From Orbicella franksi (taxonomy: Eukaryota): a stretch of 64,000 nucleotides of DNA. Within the stretch, counting starts at the first letter, position 1; every line of letters starts with the position of its first letter. The notes under the pieces were generated by a model. It was not told the origin of the DNA. It saw nothing but the letters and a program-made list of their open reading frames with translations, and made no database searches. The stretch covers positions 21,452,001 through 21,516,000 of the forward strand of contig OZ116699.1 in assembly GCA_964199315.1 (NCBI GenBank). Direction: 5' to 3'. Of the stretch, positions 46,419 to 58,400 are shown piece by piece. The position numbers and the translations under genes are program-made.

Positions 46419-49400
46419 ATGGACGGAACAGACCTTCGGCAAATTCGTGTTGTACGTCAAGTCACTGACGTCCGCAAACAACAGCAGACTGAAGACACGG
46501 TAAGCTAAGCTCATACAAATGAAGTGGCTGATTTCTCAGCTATCGTTCATGGCGAATTTCGTAACTTTTCCTTGGTATGTTTTATATCTATTTAAGCTCT
46601 AGTCTTGGTAAACTTCCCGAAAATTGTTAATGTAGCTTTAATCCTTAGTTGAGGATGCCTTCATGCTCGGCATTTAAGGTTACAGTATACCTTCAGGGGT
46701 GTCTCGCGCGCAAGCGATGTAGCGCGTGTAGTTTAAGCTGTAGATACCTAAACCCCATATAAAATTAAAGCTTATAGAGCTGGCTATCAAACTATACCAG
46801 GAATTTTGAAAGAAAATGAATTGTCGAATTTTTCACGACCACTAAATGCGAGCGCCCGAATCACCTTTCGAAAGCTACAAGTCAAAGCGAATTTCGTTTT
46901 TCGCCAATTTAATTTTTTCCTCGGTTTCAGGGCCCAAAGCGCTTAAAAAACGTGTCTGCGTTTTGGCATATTCAATTGCAGTAAAAAGTTACAGAACATT
47001 TTCGAAATAGGATTAAAAAAATGTGGAGTGATCGTAAAAAAATCGCTCTCGAAGAAAAAGTATCTCGAAATTAACAATTCCCAGACACGCTTTTGTAGTT
47101 TATATGTTAAACTAGCCACTGTCCAAATTTAAGAGCAATTGAACAAAATCCCTTTGAGTTATAACTCTTTAAAGTGTCTGCTTCAAGTGAAAAAATTTAT
47201 TCGAGAAAACAGCGCTAAGAAAAATTTTATGCTTGGCAAACAAACTCCGCCCACAAACGCCTTCAACTGGGTTCTCAGATAACTAAGCCAATCAGTGCAG
47301 GGAAAGTTTACTACCGTTAACCTCCTGATGAAATTTACGCGCGAATCTCTAAAAAACTCTTGTATTTAGCAATGCGCTCAAGGAACCGAAGGCAGAGAGA
47401 TAATTTTTCTGTAGCTCGGTTTTTCGTGAAGCTGGTCTGGCAAAATGGGGAAGACTAAAAAGGATACGAACGCTAGAGTGGCTGAGCGAAGGAAACAAAC
47501 AAAAGAAAGCGCAGAGAGCAACTGTGTGTGGGCAACTGTGCATGGATAATATTTCAAATGGTCTCAATGAGTCCAACGATTCATCGATATCGGACTCAGC
47601 TTCCCTGTTATTGCTGTCAAGTTCCGAAATTTTTACAGAACCTTTCTTTTCTCTTACCACGAATATTTGCCCGCCTTATACGATAACTATAGCTTCATCC
47701 GCGTGGCGAACTATCGCTTCTTCACTCATTGATGTATTTTCATTCGTTCTTCGCTGTTTTTGCTTTTTCGAACTGGTCCATGGTTTAAACGTGGTCTATG
47801 TTTACTTTTAACTTAATAGAGACACGCCTAATACCAAAAATGCTGGGTAGTCAGAACAACAATGCTGATCAACTGAGTAGTCAATTCGTGACATCCATAT
47901 AGGTAATTCCCGCGAAAATCGTCTCGGTTGATTGCATATGCGCCATAGGGCTGTCAATCAAGAGGTAAACTTTTACTTCCGGTGAAAACGTAAAACCGCC
48001 ATTTCTCCGCCAATATTTAGCCTTTTTCAAATTTTTTTTTCAGAAATTAGAGATTATTCTTCGACCACTATTTTGACCCAAAAATCCAAATTTGAAGAAA
48101 ATTGCCGACCCGAAGGTATACTGTAACCTTAATTCCGACTTGCTAGCTTTTTTTAGCCTTAGCTTTTTCTTCTCAGCAAATATTTACAGGTACATGGAAA
48201 ATTAATGTTATTGGTAAGCTTGAGTTGACTGAAGCTTATGTGTTTTATGTTTCATGCTTTACTGCAGTTTACTGCAGTTACTGAATATAAGCTAAAGATA
48301 GCTACGTTACTCTCTAATGGCAAAATGCTTGTCTTTTTTAGTTTCAGTTACGTGACTTTCATGATGCAGGATATACAGGAGGAGGAGATACATTCCTCCC
48401 TGGACCTTGTCAACACAACAAAAAGTTTGCCTGTGTTTTTCTTCCCTGTGCTGTGCCTTTGTTCTACATTGGAGGTGAAATGTATGTACAAGTGTCTCCA
48501 ATTAGTAGGCTCTCTCTAGGGACAGCCAACTAGTAGAATTTGACAGAAATAACACTGTTGATTTGATGTGATGTATATTATGTATATTAAATATTTTAAT
48601 GGCTTCATGTGTGCAAACATGATCTCCTGTAAGCATATTTTGGGAGTGTACGAGGCATGCAATACATTTTCCACTGTGCCTTTTTACTGCTTGGTTTGTG
48701 TTTCTATTACAATGTGCATAATTTATTATTTTGTTCTCCAAAACAGCTGTCACTGTTAAAGGGGACACCTCCCTCAAGCAGACATGACTGTCTCATTTTT
48801 TCCGACTGTCACTAGTTCCCGTATAACTGAACTCTCTGTAAGGTGGATATATCTCAATAAGAGACAGCTAAAGCTACTCCTGAAGGTGTCTGCCTTACAA
48901 ACAGAGTTCACTGTACAAATTGTGTTTTCAGTCTCCCATTCAGAACAAAAATATACTAGATGTCATCAAAGCCTGATTTAGAATGTCATACATGTATATA
49001 CAAACCCTGTTGGTGTCCACTTCTCTAATTTTTAGGAACCCCAAGCTGGTATTTCATGAACTATTCAGTTTAATTATTACAACTGCAAGGGAAATTTATA
49101 ATTTTTTTGACTATTTTGTATACTTCTTGACACAGGTTGTTTGGATCAGCAATTTTCTGCATTTTGATTATGTATCTTGTAGACAGCACTTCAAGAACTA
49201 AACGAAGGTAGGGTCTTGGAAATAACTGTGCCAATAATCAGTATCATTGCTAACTTGTACAGATGCTTGCAAATGTAATTGCAGAGCAAGCAGATGCTTC
49301 TATAATAAACAATGGTAACTTGGACATTTTGCAGGGACTCCTCTGAAATATACTACGCCATCTCCACCCACTGTTTTTACTACAGTAGTTTATAAATCAT

Positions 49401-52309
49401 TATTTTTTCATGTTTTTGTTCATCATTATTTTGGCTTTCTCATGCATCAGTTGGACAGTTAAAAATCAGTTGGGGAGTCTAATTAATTATACAGTCACAT
49501 GTTTGATCAATAATGGTTGAGAAATCTGGAAAACCAAACTTAAGATGTCAAAATATTACATACTGAAGAAATAAAAGTATTAAGATAAAACTAGTTTTAT
49601 TAATTAAATAACTGTAGTATGATGCATTCCTCTCTGACAGTTACATCTTCCAAGTGTATAAAATGAATTAACAAAAAAGCATTATACTCTAAATTTAAAT
49701 GGTTTGTGTTTGGTGATACAATCATGAGGTATTACGAAGATCTCAGATCAAATTATTCTAGCTTGTCAATAACTTATGAACCTTAATCAGGGGACTAACA
49801 GTGATGCCTCAAGTGTGATTGTTTTTTTTTTTTAAGTTTGCTTAAAGTTTATTTACTGTTTGCTGAATTACTGGTCATGTGATCCATCAATCCAAACTGT
49901 CAGACAATGCTAATGTCAAAAATATATCTGTACTGACAAAAGTTATGCCAAATAAAGCCTGGCTACGTTGAACTCTTGAGAACCAATTTACAGTTTATAT
50001 AAAGAACAATGTTGTCATTGAGCATTATGCATCTTATAAAGGTTTGCTAACAATTTAAGAGTATTCTTGTCTGTTTTTTCTTTGATTCACAGTTCTCTGG
50101 TTGCGTATGTCCTTTCAGTTCTTATTTTCCAGTTGTCGGTAATGTACTGCCTTATTCCATTTCTATGGTAAGTTTAATAAGAAATAATGAAATGTGTAAT
50201 GCAGTCTCCCTTTAGCAGAAGTCTCAAGGTCAGTTCAGTCTGGTCCCACAGCTTAAGAGTACAGCCCCATTTCTCTCATCCTGAAACTGATCCATTTAAA
50301 GCACACATGTACAGTGAGTACTTTAAAAGCATAATTATATCGTGCCCATCAATAATTTTCTTTTTGTTGCCTTTAGGAAATCAGTATTTAATCTAGGACT
50401 GATATTTATTTACAATGTATTTATTGTGCTATCAGGTAAGATGGATTTCATTGTTTACAAGCAATGACATTTAAAGTTATTTTGTTGTAAACTTTACTTG
50501 TAAAGTATAGTTAACCACAAGAGCTTAGTATTACTGTCCATTGATATGTCTCAGCCACAGAGATGCTATTCTGTTATTGTGTAAGTGCATTACAAACATG
50601 CCAAGTAACTTGATATCATAAATAATGGACACTACTAGCTATGTTGTCTCGATATCCTTATCAACAATTAAGGTTCATGTCAATGGTATTAATCCTATCC
50701 ATTACTATTGTATGCTCATCTTACGTTATCAGTTTTATTATCTGTTGCATATCCGGTCTCAACAAACAGTACTCACGAACATGTTATGCTACACAAGTCT
50801 TTGTACCAGTAGCATCCTAGGCACGTCAGCTATTTTCCTTGGCTAGTGTACAGTGTTTCCTTTCCCTCCTCTACCCTCCCTATAAGTAAACTTGGACTAC
50901 TGGCCTGGGTGCACACCTTCCACTTAGCTATCGCCTGCATCAGGCTGGGAGGGTCCCTTACCCCACCTTATTCTTAGCTACCTAAAGCAGCTAGGTTGGG
51001 GGCTTCATTCTCTGGGTGAGTGCGCTATCACCCCGATTCATTCACTGGGTGTGTCCACCAACCGCCCAAGTTTCTGCTTTGGGGTTTGTGTCTGCTAACC
51101 GCCCCACATTGTGTTTATGCTTTGGGGTTTGAGTCCACTAACTACCCCACTTTGTTTGCAGGGTGTGTCTGCTAACCACCCAATTACCTGTCCAGGGTGT
51201 GTCACTACCACCCACTCTCATTGCTATCCCAGGAAGCACCCAGTGTCCTTGGTCCCATTTACTGCCAGATTTGTCTTCTTTTTTTTGTTCACACAATATT
51301 ATTAGAGAGCGAGTTGTTTTAAGTGCGGCTTATCTTTCATGTCAACCAGACCATGCGAGGGGTGGTGAATAGTCCTTCATGAAATATTTATTTTACGGAC
51401 TTTTAGTCAAATTTCAAGTGTCTTGCCTTCTTGAATTATCTTGTGATTCCCTCCATTTGGAAGTCTCATTTTCTTCTGCAAGACTATAAAGGTCTCTGGG
51501 TCATAGATCAATACATGTATGTCTCACCATCTCACAAAATCTTGGATTACCATTTGCCACCGCTAAGATAAGACAAGGGTTAACTTTGAAAAAGAAATAG
51601 TTTCTCAGCTTGATAAAAGTACTTGTACTAATATTTTCTTCAGGTTGATCACTTATTTGTGTGTACCTGTCAAAGGTTTTTATCCTCAAAGTGTCAGGAT
51701 CTTTGAAAACAACCTGACCATTATCTTAAGACATCCAGAGGTTTCTGACATTTTCCAAAGATGTTCCTTATATTTTGGGATTCCTAGTCCCAGATTGTTA
51801 TTCACCAAACATGACATCATCATCAGCACTTTTCCCCCTGAAAATCAGAGAATTGAGGGAGTTACCTTGTGCTCAATTGCGTGGTCTTACCTTATCTTGT
51901 ATTGGTTTAAGTTTACATATTTTTCAAAAGTGTTTAGGTTGTAATAGCTCAAATTTGTTTGCTGGACATGAGAAATTGGTCTGTAGGCATGTGCAGGCTT
52001 AAGATGGAAGGTTTAAATTCATGAGAGCAATTTGACACAGTTATTATGACATCTATTTTAACTTATTTTATATGATTTGTAATTAAAAAGAGTGATGGCT
52101 TTTATTTATTAGTCAGCATCTTATACGGTCATGTAGTGTTTCACTCTCCTCTTGTTTTATTATAAGGCAGGCGTTTTCTCCCGGTCCTAGAGTAATGAAA
52201 GATTTGTGCTATTTACTTGAATTAAATTTTCTTCATTAATCTTTCTAAAGGTGGAGTTGGTCTTCTTCAGTTCAAGCAACTTCAGCATGAAGAGCCTGAG
52301 TTTATTGTG

Positions 52310-52343
<34 letters not shown>

Positions 52344-52398
52344 TGTTGTTGTTGTCGTTATTGTTATTATTATTGTTATTGTTATTGTTATTGTTATG

Positions 52399-52436
<38 letters not shown>

Positions 52437-55400
52437 AAATATTGCTTTCCATGATATTGTGATGGGCAAACATTTCATAACAGACATTCTCTTATTAAGG
52501 CTCTTAGGTAACATTTATTTTTTAACAGCTCTCTTTAATATTGCTACTTTCAATATCAAATACATTGTTTGGATGTAATAATTATTAAAAGTCAGTATGG
52601 GTTGCATTACATTCTGTATGTTGTTATTCAGGCTTTAGAGTTCAGTATATCTTTAATAATTTTGTAATCCTATGATCTCTTTGTACAGAATATGGAGTAT
52701 ATTCTATATATTAGCTATCCAATAGTTGGTCAGCTGACGTTGACAGCAGTGTCAGGAAATGTGTTCAGCTGGTCTGTGACACCCTTCTTCTGTATTATAT
52801 TTGGGTAGGTAGATATGATTCACTTGACACAACTATTATGTGACTTTTATTAATAAATTATGTACATGTAAACTGGCCCTATAGGGTTATAAATTTGCCT
52901 TCTGGTTGAATTTAAGGTGTGGGTTGAAATGTTTTCAGGCCCTTGTTTATGTATGTTGTGTTTTGGGGGAGGACTCAGTTAACAGTCTTCTCTCTTCAGA
53001 TGCTCAGCTTATCTCCTCCTCAAAAATTAATACAGAAATAGGGGCAAAGTTCCACAGAGATTCATGTAGTGTCTCGGAAATGCCTCTGGACCTGAATAAT
53101 AACAAGACTCACTAACTCTATGAATTTTTTGCATTTCAGATTTCCTTTTCTTCAAGTTTTCTACCCACCAAGTAGATCATCTTTTATGCATCAGAATATA
53201 GTCCATAAAGCTGGAGAGGAGAGACCTCCTGAGCGTAAGTACTATTCTCTAATTGGCTGAAAATGCCTTTATACTAACAGGGAATGCTTATTTGTGTACA
53301 CATAGTTAACATCCTCGTATATAGCACAGTGAAACCTTGATTTAATGAACCTCTATACAACAAATTCCTCAGTATAATGAATGATGTTCTTCACCCCAGT
53401 AACAGTAAATTATATGGAAAAGAATCTCAAAATGATGAAACCTCATTATAGCAAACATATTTTTCAAGTCCCCTGGCTCTTTGGTATAATAAGGTTCCTC
53501 TGTAGGAGGGAGACACTGTGTATTTTTATTTAATAATCGGCACATTGAACTGCAGGTTGAGCCATCCTGGTGTGAGTGCTGACCAGGTTCATTATGTTGC
53601 ATTCTTGTACAAGACATTTTGCTTTCATACTGCCTTTCTCACCCAGGGCTAACCTGCAATGGACTAGCATTCCATCCAGGGGAAATATAAGCAATACTCT
53701 TAGTCTTGTTAATTATAGAAACTGGGATAAGCTTCTGCAGTGTAGGTCAGTGGCCTACGTGTGACTTAAGCCTGCCCTGTAATAGAAATTATTTGAATTA
53801 TATTGTTTTTGTAAAATCAGAAAAAATCCCTCTCTGCATAAATATCAGGTTTTATGCCATGCCATAGAAAATACAGCCAATATGAATACAGGAAAACTAT
53901 TGTATATTTGGCAGTGTTGTACTCAACCTTTCCATCTTGTGCTGCGCTTATGTTGCTGCATTGATTGTGTTGGCCTATGTATTTTCTATGGCGTGGTATA
54001 AAATAGTTAAAAGGATCGTGTGTACACCGAGAAAATAGAAAACTGTGTTTTGTGGGACATGATTTCCTTGGTATACCACACAAAAGCATTGTATAACAAG
54101 TATATCTCACTTTAAATACGTGTAGTTAACCAGTCAGCGGTGAGCTTTAAGTGTCTGGTAGCTGATGACATTTTACATTCTCCATGCACTTACTAATAAT
54201 AACTTTAGATTTGACTCTATTTTAGGTTTTATCCTAAGCAGTCTTGAAAAGACACTTTTGTTAGTAAACCTAGTCACTGTCCCAGCCAGTATGTTTCTTG
54301 TGATCAATTTTCTGGAACTCTTACATCTTATTACGTGGGTGAGTATCTCTTTAATTTGGCTACATACCGTAGCTTGTGTGGTATTGAGATTAAATGAATA
54401 TTGCAACCTGCTTGTTAGGTGAGCTTAAGGTAATTCCTTAGTATTGCATCCCACATCCCTACTGCATGTGATTTTTGCGTCATTAGCGCATGTGCATGAG
54501 TGTGTGCATGTGCAAAACGTAAGAGATTTCCCTTAAACTAAGCTCGATAGCAAAATAAATGCTCCTTTTCTCTTAAACGAGCGCAGTGACCCCCGATTTT
54601 TTTTTCAGGTATTTGCTAAGAACAGTCAAATAAAGAACATATTTGAAGACAAAAAAAAATTTGATAGTAGAACATGATTTTTTTTGGAAAATAGTTCCAT
54701 ACTGGGTGTATTTTGGCCAAGACAAGGACTTCAAGCTGGCCACAGAACTGTCCAAAAAAGTGCAATATTCTCACAAACAGGCAATCAAAAATGGCTTAAA
54801 TGAAGCAATACTGCTTATGTGAATAAGAGAAGCCTTACTTTCAAGATAAAATTTTGTGTCTTTCAAGTAACCGAGTCTTAATTCTGTATGAAGGTGATTC
54901 GAATTTTTAATGTGCAACCAGTAAAAATACCCCATTTTAGGTGCCTGCTGACGCGTAAACAAACACGGTGACCCCATTTTTTTATTGCATTTTTTTAATG
55001 TTTATATCATGAATGTTAATTATGCCAAGTTTCAAAAAAAGTTTGATAGTAGAACAATTTCAAGGGAATTACCTTGAGTAAAATAATAAAACATAAGAAA
55101 AAGGTAATTAGAAGTGGTGCATCACAGGGAGAGCCACTTCATCTTCTGTTTTTAGATCAAATTTAAATTTATAAGCCTTGGTTTTTCTGCCGGTATTGTT
55201 ACTTTTTACACATGTCACATAATTCTGCTTTACAACAGCCACGCAGATCGTCCAACATATGAGATTTTGACACTTTTTCGCAAAATAAATTCTGCTCCTG
55301 TTGTCTGTGCGTGTTTCTATTTTTACAGAGCATTCGGTTGTCATTGTGAAATCCACCATGCAGTTCTCGGAAAAACCATCACGTTCATTGTCTCAGCAGC

Positions 55401-58400
55401 TGTACATTTTGGAGTTTGGAAAAATCTAAATTGAAAAACTATCTGTTAGCATTTGTGATAACATAATTTGAAATGGTGGTATGTTTACTGGGAAAGTCAA
55501 ACTTGTTTGCAGGTAGAAAGCCACCAGGAGTAATTTGACAATGTGTACGCCATACAGCAAAACCAAAAAACTTCGAAATCACTTGTACAATTTAATTCCA
55601 TGGTTGAATTTATTATTAACTAATTAAACCATGACTTAATTATAAATTTTAATTAATTACTTTATTAATCAATCAATTGATGACCTAATTGTTTTGGGTC
55701 ATCAGCTTGGAGAGCTGGACACCCTAGCTGGCATAGGGCTCCCTGAAAATTTTCTTAGAGCACAGTCTTGATGATCCTTATGTGTATTAATTTCATGGTG
55801 TATTATCTTAACTAGTCCTAACGCCAAGCTCATTTCAGTTGTATTGCCTTATGAAACCAGGTTAAGTTGCTGTTATGTGGTCTTCTTCCTGTGTTTCTTT
55901 GTACATGTCTAGACATCAAGGAAGAGATGGAATTTTTAGGTGGGTTAAATTATCATTTAAGAACATAATAGTGGTAAAGCATTTGTATTCCAAACTATTG
56001 TAAGTTGTTCAAATGTTGTCCAACTCCACTAAGTAGAGTACAAATAACAAGCAAAATTAGCGCAAATGTTACAAGGAGGCAACATTGGTACTTGTGAAAA
56101 CTGGTTAACGAGGGTGTAGTTAGTTACTTTTCCTGATTACAGGCATCTCAAAACATAGTACAAAGTCTGGTTTTAGGGTAAAGAAAATGATGGGGAAAGT
56201 GTTATTGAACATTCTTATTCTCCCTCTTGTCTTCTTGTCTTCACATGTACATAAATACTGTTAGTAGTAGTTTATCTTAATCTCAGGAACATAGGAACAT
56301 TTTGTTGTTTCATGCATTATCATGGATTTTTTATAACTGATTGTTAAGAGATATTTTATTTTAAACAGAACTTTCCAAAGAGACAGTAGCCAAAGTGAAA
56401 TTGGGATCTGGCCTAGGGAGTCTAGTAAGTCTAATCAAGAAATAAAGTTGTAAAAGGTGAATAGTTCAGCACGCTGCAAACATGGGACAAAGAAAAAAGT
56501 CCCTGCAGGATTCAATCTCATGATCTCCCAGATAATGGTCAAGTGCTATAACCACTGAGCTACAGAGACTCATGGTGAGCTTGGCCATTTACTTGAAGCT
56601 GCATGTGTGATGTGCATCCTCTAATATCTAGTATCAACAATGTCAATTGCATCCAGTGTGGAGAAATAATTTAAAGTTTTGCATTTCGTTGACAAAGGAA
56701 TCTCAAAGCAAATATATAGATGTGTTTCACATAAAGGCAATTTGTCGTCAAACAGTTGTGGGAGAACTTAATTTAAGAAGTAGATCACAACTCCTTAATT
56801 TTGTAAACTACTTTGCAATACAGCTGAAATAACGTGGCATGTATCTGGTTATCAAATGTAAAATATGTTTGTATGAAGAGCCCTATCATCATAGTTAATG
56901 ATCAAGGATAATTTTTTCTTTCAGTAAAGGGCTATTTCACGTAGGGTGTTGTTTGATGAACAAGCAGCCGTAAGATGTGGTTTTGCTGTCATCAATTAAT
57001 GAGCAAAGCTATAGCTTGAAGAGAAACTTGATACTTACTTTAAGAAAGCTCATTAGTTAGTGTTAGTGCATTTCTACATTACTTGTATTTGAATGGCATT
57101 CAATGGTAGCATTTGACTTGTACCATAAATTTAGTTTTTTTATCTGATCGATTTATTGTTAACCACTTCAGATGCTGTTGTGTATAATATTGATGTCATC
57201 TGGCACTGTGGGTGTACATATGCTGCCGGTTATAATAGGAAATGTCATTTGCTGTGTTTTAATTGGGCTCACAAGTGGGCGAGAAAGATGGAAGGTACAA
57301 ATTAAAGTAATGTTCAGTCTAAAATAGAGTCCCATAGTATTTACTTCTTAATTAACTTGTGCAGGTCATGTTATAGAAAAGCTTTTATTTTTTAGCACCA
57401 ATTAAATAGAACATTACATGTAAATTTGAAAAGGAAGAAAATGAATCATTTTTAATTTATGCAACTTGATTTTTTTGCAGACATACCATTACATACTGTA
57501 TGCTGCACTTACTATTGCCTCTTTACTTGGTTTGTGTACATTGCCATGGTCACTTGCGTATCCTTCAGTTTTAATAGCCCAGTTGCTTGTTGATTAATTT
57601 GAATTCTTCAAACTGAAGCTGTAGTACAAGGGTTCTGGAAGAATATCTGTCCTTGGTCTTGACAGTAGGGACAGAAGGGTTTGAGTGAGGTCCACACAGG
57701 AAAGCCTGATGGCTGATATTCTTCTGATTTAGTCCTGAATGAGCTTGGTTTATTGTTTTGTTTTGTTTGTTTGATTTTTTTTTTAAAGCTTTGGTTTATG
57801 ACATACTCTTAGCATGACTTGAGGACTGAAAAAGAGCTGTAGAAACTTTTCTGATACTTAGAATATAGATATGTATTGGACCAACAATAAAGTACTCTGA
57901 TAAGTTTGTTGTGTAATAAAACTGTTTGCAAGCCTGGAAAGCAATGGCAACATAGAATGAATGTAAATTTTTATAACTTGGTACTCCAATACTAGAACAT
58001 TGTCTCGTTTTTGTTATAATTGCAACCTTGACAATTGTGAAAGGTATAAATTTTCGTTTTTCTCTGTCCCTCTATGGGGAGTAAACGTACTTCTTGGATT
58101 AGTTACTTGTCTTTCAGTGCTGTGTGTATTTGTAGCTTCTGGTCCCAACAGGGAGTGGTTAAATCCCCTTCTGGTCACTCAATCATTAGGTGAGGCCCAC
58201 TAACATGAACTTTGATGTCTGATTTCCTCAGCTGAAAATTATTGACCCTGATTGAAAGATTTGGGTTATCTAAGTTGTATCAAAAGTCAACATTGGTACC
58301 CAGTAAAACTCAGAGACTAGACAAATCTTATGTTATTCTTGAAGAAAACAACATGGTTATTTCACCATCATTTCATTTGCCCAAACAAAATTGATTAGAC

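Noticed and set aside
47349-47730. Possible divergent minus-strand gene from the 47.9-kb promoter (MSEEAIVRHADE... with a GTAAGA donor; 103-aa ORF)
   Set aside because: The frames do not join and no downstream exons could be identified.
49263-49314. Cys-rich candidate exon (DACKCNCRASRCFYNKQ) with AG/GT boundaries
   Set aside because: The alternative path through 49136-49207 gives the expected TM segment and the YLVDS motif; this one breaks the hydrophobic pattern and is probably a pseudo-exon.
52251-52578. Poly-Tyr, poly-Asn and poly-Ile ORFs
   Set aside because: They are artefacts of the (TTA)n microsatellite.
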